DNA of 64,000 bases from Dehalococcoidia bacterium (lineage in GTDB: Bacteria; Chloroflexota; Dehalococcoidia; Dehalococcoidales; RBG-16-60-22): assembly GCA_003141235.1 (NCBI GenBank), contig PLLL01000092.1, forward strand, positions 1,891 through 65,890, read 5' to 3'. A model generated the notes under the pieces. That model was not told the DNA's origin and did not search any database. It saw nothing but the letters and a program-made list of their open reading frames with translations. The position numbers and the translations under genes are program-made. Below are positions 28,629 through 39,800 of the stretch, in pieces (within the stretch, counting starts at the first letter, position 1; each line of letters begins with the position of its first letter).

Positions 28629-29378
28629 ATGGCTGAGGAATTCATGATTGCAAAAGACCTCCATAAAAGCTTTGGTGATTTTAAGGCTGTTAACGGCGTT
28701 TCTTTCTCCATCAATAAGGGAGAAATCTTCGGTCTCCTCGGGCCTAACGGCGCGGGAAAAACGACCACCATCCGCATGCTGTCCACCGTCCTCGCGCCGG
28801 ATAGCGGCCAAATAATCATCGGCGGCCATTCCATGAAAAGCGAAGCCGAGGCTATCCGCAGCATTATTGGCGTCTGCCCGCAGGACCTGGCGCTTTATGA
28901 AGACCTTTCCGCCATCGATAACATGATATTTTTCGGGCGGATGGCGGGATTAAATAGCCAGGACGCCCGCACCCAGGCTATGGCCAACCTCAAACTCATG
29001 GGGCTGGAAGAGCGGGCCAAGGGGAAAGTAGCCAAGTTTTCCGGAGGCATGAAGCGCCGCATCAACCTGGCTATCGCTTTGATGGGCAACCCGCAGCTTC
29101 TCTTCCTTGACGAGCCGACCGTCGGCATCGACCCGCAATCACGCAATAATATTTACGAGAACATTCTTGGCCTACAAAAAAAAGGCATGACCGTCCTGTA
29201 TACTACCCACTACATGGAGGAAGCCGACCGCATCTGCCAGCGCGTCGCCATCATGGACGGCGGTAAGATTATAGCCATGGATACCCCGTATCAACTAAAG
29301 TCGCAACTCGGTTCGCCGGATAAAGTCACCCTGGAAGACGTGTTTTTAAAGCTGACCGGCCGCAGTTTGCGCGATTAA
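28629..29378 (+). CDS. ABC-2 exporter ATP-binding protein
   Basis: GPNGAGKTT, FSGGMKRR, LDEPT, TTHYMEEA. Confidence 0.95.
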   Translation: MAEEFMIAKDLHKSFGDFKAVNGVSFSINKGEIFGLLGPNGAGKTTTIRMLSTVLAPDSGQIIIGGHSMKSEAEAIRSIIGVCPQDLALYEDLSAIDNMIFFGRMAGLNSQDARTQAMANLKLMGLEERAKGKVAKFSGGMKRRINLAIALMGNPQLLFLDEPTVGIDPQSRNNIYENILGLQKKGMTVLYTTHYMEEADRICQRVAIMDGGKIIAMDTPYQLKSQLGSPDKVTLEDVFLKLTGRSLRD

Positions 29379-29385
29379 CCGGCAT

Positions 29386-30576
29386 ATGAAAAGAGCTTTA
29401 TTAATCACCCTGAATGAAATACGCCTGTTTATCCAGGACAAAGGCGACCTGGCCTTCGGCATTCTCCTGCCTATTGTGACCTTCGCCCTGATGTACGGCG
29501 CTTTCGGGGGACAGACCTTATTTACGGCCACTGCCCGCGTCGTGGACGAAGATAAAGGCGCTTACTCCACGATCCTTATCAATCAGCTGGATCAGGTCCA
29601 GGGCATCAGCATTGAAAATCTTACCCTCCAGGAAGCCAACTCGAAGCTGGAAAGGTCCGATTTAACACTGGTGCTGTATATACCCGCCGGGTTCTCGGAC
29701 ACTCTGGCGTCCGGCGGAAAAGCCGAGCTGACCTTTATGCAGCGGGGCAACGGCGGCCAGGACGGCCAGATTCTGGCGAGCATTATCCGCGGCGTGGCCG
29801 AACGGATGAATCAGCAGTTCCAGGTAGCTTACCAGGTGAGCAACCAGGTTACGAATAACCTCGGAAATAACGTAGTCTCTCAAGGCCGCATCAAAGCTGT
29901 TGTCGCGGAAATGCTGAACGAAGAAAATAAGCAACCCACGGTAGCCGTCACCGAAGAAGTGACTGGCGGCAGCCCCGACTTCGTCAATCAGTACGTACCC
30001 GGCATCGTTACGATGTACGTCCTCTTTTCGCTGACCTTGAGCGCCCGGGCGATAGTCGAGGAGCGTAAGCGGGGCACCCTGGAGCGTCTCTTGACCACCC
30101 GGCTCAGCCCGGGGGAGCTGTTCTTCGGCAAGTTCCTGGCCAGCATCGGCCGGGGATTTTTACAGACCGTCATTCTCATGAGCCTGGCTTACGCTGTTTT
30201 CCAGGTATTCACGCCCCTGTCTTTCCTGGCGTCTATCTTTGTCATACTTATTTTTGCGGCGGCGGCCTCGGCGGTGGGCATGATTATTGCCTCGGTCGCC
30301 CGCACTGAAGACGCGGCAACATGGATTGGCGTTGTTTTCACGATGTTAATGACCATGCTGGGCGGCACCTTCTTCGCGGTGACGAAAGGCTCGGTGCTGG
30401 AGATTATCGGCAGGTTCTCGCTTAATACCTATGCCAATGACGCTATCAGGACGGTAATTAACAGCGGCGGCTCTCTATCCGGCACCGGGCGGGCGTTTAT
30501 AGTGATGGGCGGCGTCATCGTCGTCGGGCTGGTGGTCAGCCGCCTTATATTCAGGGCTGTTCCGGGGGGTAAGTAA
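29386..30576 (+). CDS. ABC-2 permease
   Basis: N-terminal TM, extracytoplasmic domain, EERKRGTLERLL, C-terminal TMs. Confidence 0.9.
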   Translation: MKRALLITLNEIRLFIQDKGDLAFGILLPIVTFALMYGAFGGQTLFTATARVVDEDKGAYSTILINQLDQVQGISIENLTLQEANSKLERSDLTLVLYIPAGFSDTLASGGKAELTFMQRGNGGQDGQILASIIRGVAERMNQQFQVAYQVSNQVTNNLGNNVVSQGRIKAVVAEMLNEENKQPTVAVTEEVTGGSPDFVNQYVPGIVTMYVLFSLTLSARAIVEERKRGTLERLLTTRLSPGELFFGKFLASIGRGFLQTVILMSLAYAVFQVFTPLSFLASIFVILIFAAAASAVGMIIASVARTEDAATWIGVVFTMLMTMLGGTFFAVTKGSVLEIIGRFSLNTYANDAIRTVINSGGSLSGTGRAFIVMGGVIVVGLVVSRLIFRAVPGGK

Positions 30577-30581
30577 AAGAT

Positions 30582-31835
30582 ATGAAACAGCTTGAGCGTG
30601 TATGGCTTATCGCCCTGAAAGACCTGAAGATATTCATGAACGACCGCACTGCTGCCTTCTTCTTTATCATTTTCCCTTTAATGTTCATTGTCCTGTTCAA
30701 CACAGTGATGAAAGGCATCGGCGGTGAGGACACAAGGCTGGAGCTGCATCTGGCTACACAGGAGGCCGCCGGCAGCCTGAGCTACCATATACTCGGCGCC
30801 ATGGAGACCACGGACGAGTCCCTCCTTAAACCCGGCGACCCGAAAATAGTCTGGGACAAAGACTATGATGCGGCCCGCCAGGCCGTGGAAAACAAGAAAC
30901 TGGCCGGCTTCATCGCTTTTCCGGCTGATTTCACTCAAGCGCTGAGTTCCGGCAACAGCACTAGCCTCGAAGTTTATGCCGATGCCGGGAATATTAACGC
31001 CCGGGCGGCCCTGAACGGTCTGGCCGGAGCTATCTCTTCCCAGATAGGCACGAACGAGGTCATCATCAAGGCCAGTGTCGCCCTTCTTATCGAAGGCGGC
31101 GTCATTTCACCCACAGATTCGGCGGGTATCAATAAAGCTGTCCAGCAGATGATGACCGGGTATTTTTCCGGTGCTACTAATACCGGGGCATCTTACATCA
31201 CCTTCAAGACGGACAAGGTTGGTGAGGTCGTGGCGATGAACCCGTCTAACTACGTTGTCCCCGGCTATCTGGTGATGTTCGTTTTCTTTGCTTCCGCCAT
31301 TATGGCGGAGTCAATCGTCCGGGAGCGCAAGAACCACACCCTTGAGCGGCTGCTGGCCAGCTCGGTCAGGCGGGAGGCTATACTGGGGGGTATCTTTACC
31401 GGCGCGGCTATCAGAGGACTGATTCAGATAGTGATATTCTGGGGGGTGGGTATCCTGGTGTTTCACGTGGATATGGGGCTTTCGCCGGCTGCGGTGATTA
31501 TCCTCTCCATCCTCATGGTGATAATGTCTGCGGCGTTTTCCCTGATGCTGGCGACTCTGGCCCGGACGCAGCGCGCCGCCGGTTCTCTGGCGGTCATTAC
31601 TTCGCTGGTGCTGGCGCCCCTCGGCGGGTGCTGGTGGCCGCTTTTCCTTTACCCGCAGTGGCTGCAGAATATCGCTAAAATAACACCCCACGCCTGGGCG
31701 ACGGACGGATTCAATAAGATAATGGTTTTCGGGGCCGATTTCGGCGCCGCCGTGCCGAGCATGATAGCGCTGCTGGCCTTCGCGCTGCTATTCGGTTTGA
31801 TAGCCGTCTGGCGCTTCCGCACCAGTGCTACGTGA
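30582..31835 (+). CDS. ABC-2 permease
   Basis: ERKNHTLERLL, LGGCWWP, TPHAWA. Confidence 0.9.
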   Translation: MKQLERVWLIALKDLKIFMNDRTAAFFFIIFPLMFIVLFNTVMKGIGGEDTRLELHLATQEAAGSLSYHILGAMETTDESLLKPGDPKIVWDKDYDAARQAVENKKLAGFIAFPADFTQALSSGNSTSLEVYADAGNINARAALNGLAGAISSQIGTNEVIIKASVALLIEGGVISPTDSAGINKAVQQMMTGYFSGATNTGASYITFKTDKVGEVVAMNPSNYVVPGYLVMFVFFASAIMAESIVRERKNHTLERLLASSVRREAILGGIFTGAAIRGLIQIVIFWGVGILVFHVDMGLSPAAVIILSILMVIMSAAFSLMLATLARTQRAAGSLAVITSLVLAPLGGCWWPLFLYPQWLQNIAKITPHAWATDGFNKIMVFGADFGAAVPSMIALLAFALLFGLIAVWRFRTSAT

Positions 31836-31843
31836 AGGAGTCC

Positions 31844-34696
31844 TCAATTACCGGATATAACGTAGTGATCGGTACTGCCGATGACGGTCTTGCTGCGCAC
31901 GGAAATAATGATATATACCAGGTTCCAGGCATCCTGGCCGGAATAAAAATCCAGGTGCAATCTGGTATCATTCGGCGTCAATATGTTTTCGCTCCAGAGC
32001 ACATCGAAGGTATCAACGTCCACGCCCTGATAGCTCAATCCCGGTGACGCCGAGTTCCACACGTTGTATGCAGGGCTCGCACTATTGGAAAGGTATTTGC
32101 TTAACCCGGACTGCTGACCTGTAATTAGCAGACAATCTGTATGCGCTGAATATGGTGTCTGAGTACTGTATAGCCACTCATCACCTTCGCCGACGAAGCA
32201 GGTAATCCTGGCGGCCACCGTTTCCGTGATGGCGCCCTGCCTGTTCCTTATCGGTTCCGGGATAATGAAGTTGGTAATGTCCCCGCCCGCCACGCCGTCG
32301 CCATCGAAGTCCAGGTCGGTATATCCCGGGTTGTAGGAGAACACATCGCGGAGGTAGAGGTAATGCCCCGCCGTCTCCGGGCTGAAATAGATGACGATGA
32401 GAGACCAGCCGGCATAGGAAACCTGCTCGCCGGGGTCTGCCTGCACATCACCGACAGTGTACTTAGAGTTACCGGTGTGGTGCTGTTCTTCGGCTACAAC
32501 CGGGTACTTTTTTACCAATTTGGATACATCCTGGTGACACGCATAGGAAAAGCCGTACCCCGGATTAAGCATGACGGAGGAATCAGAGGCTGTCAGCAGC
32601 TGCGCGCCCGCTTGGGGGTCGCCGTTAGCATCCAGGTAGACCCGCTGGTCGTTGATGCTGAAAGTAATTGATGTATCAGGAGCCCTGACAATTATTTTTA
32701 TATTATCAATATTACAATATTGACCGGCGCCGCTCATGCCGACCAGGTAAAACCTCATTTTGAAATTGTTTGTTATTATCCCGCTGGAGATAACGTATTT
32801 TAATGTAGTTGGAGAGCTGGTAAGATTAGCACTGGTGCCGGCGATGATATTGCTGCTCCAGGCGCTGCCGTCGTAATAGGCGAAGTCCAGACCGTCGCTG
32901 GCGGAATATTGAGGAGTTATTGTGATATTGTCGAGATAGCAGTATTTCCCGGAGCCAAAACCATCAAGGTAAAACCGGATTTTAAAACCGCTGGAAAAAT
33001 AACCGGTAGGGACGGCGAAAGTAAATGTCGTTTGGGTGGTAGTAAGATTAGCGCTGCTGGCGACGGTGTAATTGCCGCTCCAGGATGTCCCGTTATAGAT
33101 ATTAAAATAAAGATGGTCGCCGGAGCCTAAAGCAGTGCTGCCTCTCCATTGGTCCCAGGAAACCGTTGCGGCAGCGTAGCCGTTCAGGTTTGCGCTATTT
33201 GTCAGGGTCAGGGTTCTCGCCGCGTCGCCCACGCTGCTGTATTGACCACGAAAACTGTTGGAGTGGACACCCCAGGCTGTGGGGCTGCCAACAGTCCAGT
33301 TGGTTAAGCTGGAGCAGCCGTCGGATAATATATCTGTTAGAGAAGCCACCGACTGATCCCAGGAGATTTCATACGCCGTCCCCGAGGGGGAATCTATACT
33401 GTGGCTCATGGTGAGATACCTGCGGGAGTCAGCCCCGGTGTGCTGCCCACGATAAGTATTGGAATAATAGGCCCAGTCACCGCCGTTAGTCCATGAGTTG
33501 GTCAAATTGGTGCTGGTGCAGGCGTCTGAAAACACCTGGTTGTCATTCCGGAACCCTGACCAGTAGAGGTAGGCGGCAAGCACATCGGCATCAGCGGGAA
33601 TACTCGAAAGGGTGGTATCGCTGGAAGCATGCCAGGTGTCTTTAACATGGTTGACCCATGTGCGGGTGCTGCTGTCCCACTCGGCTACATCATCTGTCAT
33701 CAATGAGTTCCCTATCGCCACATAGTCTCCGGCTACGGCATTGTTCAGGTCGCGCAGTTCTAGCTTGGATGTGTAGGCTTCAACCTTGGTGCCGCCGGCT
33801 ATCGAGGTGATTTTATAAATTCGCGTATCCACATCCCAGGAAATAGGGACATCGTTAGACTTTTGAACACCAAAAGCGTCGGTCATTTGCGTCGTTACCC
33901 ACGCGATGCCGGCGGGCATTTTAGTAGGGTCGGTCGAAGGCGGCGTGTAGTTGAAGCTGATGGTGGAGGTCAGAGTTCCGTTATCGGAGACGAAGTTGGG
34001 GAAGAGAGTGAAAAGCGGATAATCGGGGGGGTTGTAGCTCCAGACGATAGCCTGACCGCCGCAATGGTCTGAAACGCTGACAGAATCCGGGTGACAATCC
34101 GCGAAGATACTTGCTTGTTCCAGACTGCTGGAGCCGGTCACGTAGGTGAATCCCTGCGGCAGCCAGACTCCCACTGATTTAATCGTTAAATTATCGGTAG
34201 CAGCCGGAACGAAGTCTATCTTGATATGATACGGCTGGCCGGGCACAGCCCCGGCCGTGTCTGATACCGCCAGCTTCCCGGATTCAATCATGGTCATGGC
34301 CTGGTCGGCGCTTAAACTAAAACTACCCAGCGTTGCATTACTCGGTATCCAGACATTTTCGATAGTCACGTTTGTCGTCAGGCCGTTTACCGGGCCGGCT
34401 AAATCGTACGAAGCGTTGGTGCTGAAATCGTAATTGTAGCTATCCTCATCGAATAATGGCTCTAGCCCTTCGTATTTTATCCGCCATATTCCGTCCTCAA
34501 TCCCGGCATCGGCGGCGTAAAGCGCTTTGGTTTTATCCTCGTATTTAACACCGGTCTTGAGAGATGTCCCGATTTGATCCAGGACCGGGATCAAGGTGAG
34601 ACTGCCCAGGAGAAGAAATATCAGCACCAGTATCAGTGCCTGACCTGTTTGGCCTGATAGCAACCTGGCCGGAATAATACCTGCTCTTCTTTTCAT
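31844..34696 (-). CDS. Large PilX-like N-terminal pilus-associated protein / adhesin
   Basis: GQALILVLIFLLLG prepilin-like N-terminus, ALYAADAGIEDG, long Ser/Thr/Gly/Trp-rich extracellular region. Confidence 0.75.
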   Translation of the reverse strand: MKRRAGIIPARLLSGQTGQALILVLIFLLLGSLTLIPVLDQIGTSLKTGVKYEDKTKALYAADAGIEDGIWRIKYEGLEPLFDEDSYNYDFSTNASYDLAGPVNGLTTNVTIENVWIPSNATLGSFSLSADQAMTMIESGKLAVSDTAGAVPGQPYHIKIDFVPAATDNLTIKSVGVWLPQGFTYVTGSSSLEQASIFADCHPDSVSVSDHCGGQAIVWSYNPPDYPLFTLFPNFVSDNGTLTSTISFNYTPPSTDPTKMPAGIAWVTTQMTDAFGVQKSNDVPISWDVDTRIYKITSIAGGTKVEAYTSKLELRDLNNAVAGDYVAIGNSLMTDDVAEWDSSTRTWVNHVKDTWHASSDTTLSSIPADADVLAAYLYWSGFRNDNQVFSDACTSTNLTNSWTNGGDWAYYSNTYRGQHTGADSRRYLTMSHSIDSPSGTAYEISWDQSVASLTDILSDGCSSLTNWTVGSPTAWGVHSNSFRGQYSSVGDAARTLTLTNSANLNGYAAATVSWDQWRGSTALGSGDHLYFNIYNGTSWSGNYTVASSANLTTTQTTFTFAVPTGYFSSGFKIRFYLDGFGSGKYCYLDNITITPQYSASDGLDFAYYDGSAWSSNIIAGTSANLTSSPTTLKYVISSGIITNNFKMRFYLVGMSGAGQYCNIDNIKIIVRAPDTSITFSINDQRVYLDANGDPQAGAQLLTASDSSVMLNPGYGFSYACHQDVSKLVKKYPVVAEEQHHTGNSKYTVGDVQADPGEQVSYAGWSLIVIYFSPETAGHYLYLRDVFSYNPGYTDLDFDGDGVAGGDITNFIIPEPIRNRQGAITETVAARITCFVGEGDEWLYSTQTPYSAHTDCLLITGQQSGLSKYLSNSASPAYNVWNSASPGLSYQGVDVDTFDVLWSENILTPNDTRLHLDFYSGQDAWNLVYIIISVRSKTVIGSTDHYVISGN

Positions 34697-34711
34697 ATCA
34701 ATTCCTGTTTT

Positions 34712-35239
34712 TTACAATTGAGGCCGGGCGGTCATTTCGCGTACCCTGGTTACATTAACAACTTTAGAACCTTCGCCGACGCTGCTGGTAATTGTTAAAA
34801 TCAGTGTCCCGTTATTTGATGTGCAATTAGTCAGATTTGGATTGGAGTTGATGTATCCGGCAACCAGAGTATCGGTGCTCTGGCCGTTAACCGTATAGGT
34901 ACGAAGGAGATTGCCGTTTTGCAGAGAGTAGGTGGCATTATATGAGCTGTTATTCCAGTCTTCCCAGGCCAGAGAGAGGTTAGCCGTTTGAGGAAAACCT
35001 GCGGAGCCGCTGACAGTCTGTGCCATCTGGGCGTCCCGGCCTATCCATAATGCGGCATTCATCGCGTTACGGCTGGCGGCGGTATAGTCATTATTCCTGG
35101 AAGTCTCATTAAGCACCTGGAAGATGCACGTAGCAGCGCCGAGCCCGATGAAACCCGTAATCGCCAGGCTGACCATTACTTCAAGCAGCGTAAAGCCTGA
35201 CTTGTTTTTATAGAATAGCTTTGTTTTATGGAATATCAT
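34712..35239 (-). CDS. Type IV pilin-like protein
   Basis: G|FTLLEVMVSLAI class III signal peptide. Confidence 0.88.
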   Translation of the reverse strand: MIFHKTKLFYKNKSGFTLLEVMVSLAITGFIGLGAATCIFQVLNETSRNNDYTAASRNAMNAALWIGRDAQMAQTVSGSAGFPQTANLSLAWEDWNNSSYNATYSLQNGNLLRTYTVNGQSTDTLVAGYINSNPNLTNCTSNNGTLILTITSSVGEGSKVVNVTRVREMTARPQL

Positions 35240-35580
35240 TGCCGGTTCACCTTATAGCTCTCAAGCGTTAAGATCTCACGGCCACGACGCTGGACGGCGA
35301 TAGTTATATCCTGGATATTGTTATTCTCCACCGTGGTAACATTGGCGGTATACCCGGCAAACTGACTGGGTATCGTAGGGGTGTACGAGGGATCATAAGG
35401 CTGTTTCTTAATATTGTCCATGAGGGTTTCGGCCAGGGTTTTCCCGGAGGCCCTTTCATCAGCGGTAACGCGCGCCGTAGAGGTTGCCGCTAAACCGCTC
35501 ATGAAGGACGCGCTGATAATGCCCAGGATGGCCAGGGCCAGCACCGTCTCCAGCAGCGTCATCCCTTTTTCGCCTCTCAT
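35236..35580 (-). CDS. Type IV pilin-like protein
   Basis: MRGEKG|MTLLETVLALAILG. Confidence 0.85.
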   Translation of the reverse strand: MRGEKGMTLLETVLALAILGIISASFMSGLAATSTARVTADERASGKTLAETLMDNIKKQPYDPSYTPTIPSQFAGYTANVTTVENNNIQDITIAVQRRGREILTLESYKVNRQ

Positions 35581-35780
35581 TGTTTCCTTTTCCTGCGCCG
35601 AAAAAGCCATTACGTAAAAAAACATAATAGCTTTGGGTAGAAGTACCCTGGATTTATTATTCGCCGGCGGGTGTCCGGCGTATATAGTAAATTCGTCACA
35701 CCATACCGGTTACTAAGGTCATACCGGAGCTGTTTACTGTGCTTAGAGATTGTTCAAAAATATTCTATCTTGTCCCGTCT

Positions 35781-36800
35781 CTAGGCTTTTAATGAATTTA
35801 CTATGGGCGTTTTAAGGAAAGCTTTCACCACAGCCGGGTCAAACTGGGTGCCGGCGCAGCGTACAACCTCGGCAAGAGCTGCACTTATCGGCATGGAGGA
35901 CCGGTACGGCCGGTCTGATGTCATCGCATCGAAGGAGTCAGCGGTAGCCAGGATTCTGGCGCCGAGGGGTATATTTTCACCGGACACTTTCTGGTTGAGA
36001 CCGCTGCCGTCATAACTGTCATGGTGATGTTTAATAACCTCGATTATTTTATCGTTGACCAGCGGCTGAACGATGCTGGGGCCGATGACGCAATGTGTCA
36101 GGATAATATCATATTCTTCCGGGGTAAGCACGCCCGGTTTATTCTGGATATTCGGATCAATACCTATTTTCCCTATATCATGAAGGAGGGCGGCCCAGCG
36201 TAAATTGTCCAGGTCCTCGCCTTTCAGCCCCATCGCAATCGCTGTTTCCATAGCTATCTTGGTTACCCGGCGTGAATGACCGGCGGTGTATTTATCCTTG
36301 GCCTCCAGGGCGCTTACCAGCGATTCGACCGCATCGATGAAGAGTTTCTGGAGTTCTTTGGCCTGTTCTTCAATTTTACCTTCCAGTACCTGGCTTTTCG
36401 CTCTAAGGTTTAACTCCAGCTTTCTCTTTTCCAGCGCCATGTTGATATTGCTCACGAGCTCATCGATATCATAAGGCTTGGTGATATAGTCGTGCGCCCC
36501 GTTCTTCATGCATTTCACAATCGTATCCGGCTCGACGACGGCTGTTGCCATGACAACGGCTGTATCCGGGTAAGACTTTTTCAGGCGGGGTAGAAAGTCA
36601 CTTCCTGAGGTACCCGGCATCATGATATCCAGAATCACCAGGTCTGCCGGTTTATTTTTCAGCGACTCCATCGCTTCGTCGGCGCTGCCGGCTTCGGCGC
36701 AGGAAAAACCTCTAAGCGTCAGGCACCTGTTAAGGCCTCTCCTCACCGTTTTTTCATCATCGACGATGAGAATATTCTCTTTCTGAAGTGTTATAACCAT
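35781..36800 (-). CDS. Response regulator with HD-GYP-type phosphodiesterase domain
   Basis: REC domain (IVDDE, LDIMMPG, KPY) plus HSRRV, LHDIGKI, IPLGARI, DAMTSDRPYR. Confidence 0.92.
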   Translation of the reverse strand: MVITLQKENILIVDDEKTVRRGLNRCLTLRGFSCAEAGSADEAMESLKNKPADLVILDIMMPGTSGSDFLPRLKKSYPDTAVVMATAVVEPDTIVKCMKNGAHDYITKPYDIDELVSNINMALEKRKLELNLRAKSQVLEGKIEEQAKELQKLFIDAVESLVSALEAKDKYTAGHSRRVTKIAMETAIAMGLKGEDLDNLRWAALLHDIGKIGIDPNIQNKPGVLTPEEYDIILTHCVIGPSIVQPLVNDKIIEVIKHHHDSYDGSGLNQKVSGENIPLGARILATADSFDAMTSDRPYRSSMPISAALAEVVRCAGTQFDPAVVKAFLKTPIVNSLKA

Positions 36801-36833
36801 TTTTCTCCCTTCATGGCCGCCTGGATTCCGGTT

Positions 36834-39800
36834 TTATTGATTTGCTATCGGCATTCTGATGGTGAACGTAGTACCCTGACCAACCTGGGTTTTCACAGTT
36901 ATTTTCCCGTTATGTTTCACGATAATCCCGTAGCAGATGCTCAGACCGAGCCCGGTGCCTTTACCGATTTCTTTAGTGGTGAAGAATGGGTCGAAGATAC
37001 GGGGCAGAACCTGCTTTTTAATCCCGCACCCGTTATCACTGAAAATGATATTGACGTGATTATTGACCCTCTCCGTGGTTATCGTTAGCGTACCCGGCCG
37101 TTTAGCTTCTTCGATCGCCGCTTCGGCGTTTAATATGATATTCAAGAAGACCTGCTGGAGCTGATACTTGTCCAGCTGAATCTCGGCCAGGTTATCCTGG
37201 AAATTGGTCACCACATTGATGTTCTTCATCTTGTCTTCATGTTCGCGCAGCCGCAGCACTTCTTTGACCACTTCATTTGCGGATGAGGTACCATTTTCAT
37301 AGCTGTTATTACGGGTAAACAACAGGACGTTTTTCACGATGTTGGCGGCGCGTTTGGCTTCACTATAAACACATTGCAGGTCCTCTTTTTGCTCAGCCGG
37401 CATATCACTGTTAACCAGCAGCTGGGATAAAGTAAGGATGCCGGTAAGAGGATTATTTAGTTCGTGCGCCATGCCGGCCGCCATTTCACCCAGTGAGGCC
37501 AGACGGTCACTGAGATATAGTTTATCTTCCTCTTCTCTTTCCCGTGACACATCGGAAAAGATGAGCAGCATCCGCTCGCTATCCATCTTGATGATGCCGC
37601 TGGTGATTATCTTTTCCGTGTCTTTAACCTTGTACCTGAATTCCAGCGAATGAACATCGGTATTGCCCGTCTTGATAGATGTATAAAGGTCAAAAAGCTG
37701 CTCTACACCCAGGACATCATTTAGTAATTTAGTTTCGATGATTCTCCTGCCGGTACGGAAAATCTTACGGAAAGATTCATTGGCCAGTATGATGAGGTCG
37801 GAGCTATCGGTGACCAGCACGCCCTCCGGCATGGAGGTTAAAATACTTTCGACCATCTTCTTTTGGGCCTGTAATTTAGCCTCGGTTTCTTTCTGCTCGG
37901 TGATGTCACGGTAAACGGCGATGTACGATACGAGACAGCCGTCTTCGTCAAACAGGGGGGAGCGCCGGCAATCGCAGAGGAATGTGCTGCCGTCTTTGTG
38001 CCGCTTGGTTAAAACCGCGGTCCAGGTTTTACCCAGGTTAATGGCGTTGCGGATATCTTTCCGGGATCTCTTGCTAAAAGGCACACCGTCAAAGAGACTG
38101 ATATTCTTACCCATAACTTCATCAATAGAATAGCCAAACAGGTTCTGCGCTGCTTTATTCATGTAGGTTATTTTAAAGTCCGGGTCATTAACGACGATGG
38201 AATCTGTTACCTGCTGGGTGACCGAGCTCAGCAGCCTCAGGTTTTCCTCCGCCTTTTTTCTCTCGGTAATATCGGTTATCATTACAATGCGGCACGGCTC
38301 ACCCCCGATGTTTATTTTATCCGCCGAGTAAAGACCGATACGTATCTCGCCCGACTTTATGCGCGAACTGATCTCCTGGTTATATGCTCTGCCTTCAGCC
38401 TGTAGTGTAGCTCCCCATTTTTTCAGCTCTTCCTCATTAACCCAGAAGTTGAATTCAATGGCGTTGTGACCGATTAGCTCCTCACGGGAATAGCCGGTGA
38501 AACGGGTGAAACTCTCGTTAACCTCAATAAAGAGGTTGGTTTTAAGAGAAGTGATTCCTATCGCATTAGCGCTGGCATTGAAAGCTTTAGAGAACTTTTC
38601 TTCAGAATCCTTTAACGCTTCCTCCGCTTTCTTACGCTTGGTGATATCGGTTATCACTATCATCCGGCACGGCTCACCCCCGATATTAAGTGTTTCGATT
38701 GATGACAGACCGACGCGTATCTCGCCTGACTTGCAGCGGGAACTGAATTCCTGGTTATATACCCGGCCGTCTTTCTCCAGTGCCTCCATGCCTTTTTGTT
38801 GCTCTTCTCGCTTCACCCAGAGGTTAAGTTCTCCGGCATCATGGCCGATGACCTCGTCATGGGTATAGCCGGTAAAGCGTGAGAAGCTTTCATTAGCCTC
38901 AATAAAACGGCTGTCTTTAATTCTATTGATACTGATGGCATTAGCGCTGGTATTAAAGGCTTTAAAGAACTTTTCCTTTGATTCCCGTAATGCCGACTCC
39001 ATTTTCTTGCGCTCGGTAATATCCTGCACCACGATAATCATGCGCCGTTCGCCGCCGACGTTGATTGACTCGGAGGAAAAAAGACAGGTACGAACATCAC
39101 CCGATTTCGTGCGGAAGGCGAACTCTTCGTTGTTCATGTGACCTTCGTCTCTCATGAGATGCAGCATCCGTGTACGGTCTGCCGGGTTGCCCCACATATT
39201 AAGTTTATCGGCATCGCTGCCTACTAATTCCTCCTGGGAATAACCGCTCAATTTAATATAATGGTCATTGACTTCAAGAAAGGTACCGCCGTATGAGCAG
39301 ATAGCCATGGCGTCAGAAGCAGCGCTGAACGCCTTGGAGAATTTTTCCTCTGAGTCATGTGTGGCTTTCTCCGCCTGTTTGCGGCCGGTGATATCCTGTG
39401 CGGTCATGATATATCCGTATTTTTTATCGCCCTCTTTCATCACCTGGATAGTCGTATCGACCCACACTGGCCCGCGCGGCGTCATATAAAGCAGCTCGTT
39501 CCGGGAATATCCCTGGGTACTTATTTTTTGAATTCGTTCCTGGTCTTGCCCGGGATATTCTTCCACCGGCTTAATGACATCCTTTAATTTTCGGCCGATA
39601 GCCTCGGAAGCGGTGATGCCGAATAGCTGTTCACTGATATTATTAAAATATGTGATAGTTCTGGCATTATCCACGGCGATGACGCTTTCATGGATGGATT
39701 TGAAAGCCGCATCGGAGAAACGCAGCGCCTCTTCCATCTGCTTGCGCTCGGTGATGTCCACCCAGTTTATCAGGATATATTTAACCGCTCCGTCTTGCTT

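Noticed and set aside
35581..35780. c-di-GMP riboswitch upstream of the pilin genes
   Set aside because: Small hairpins are present, but I could not match the class I or class II consensus.
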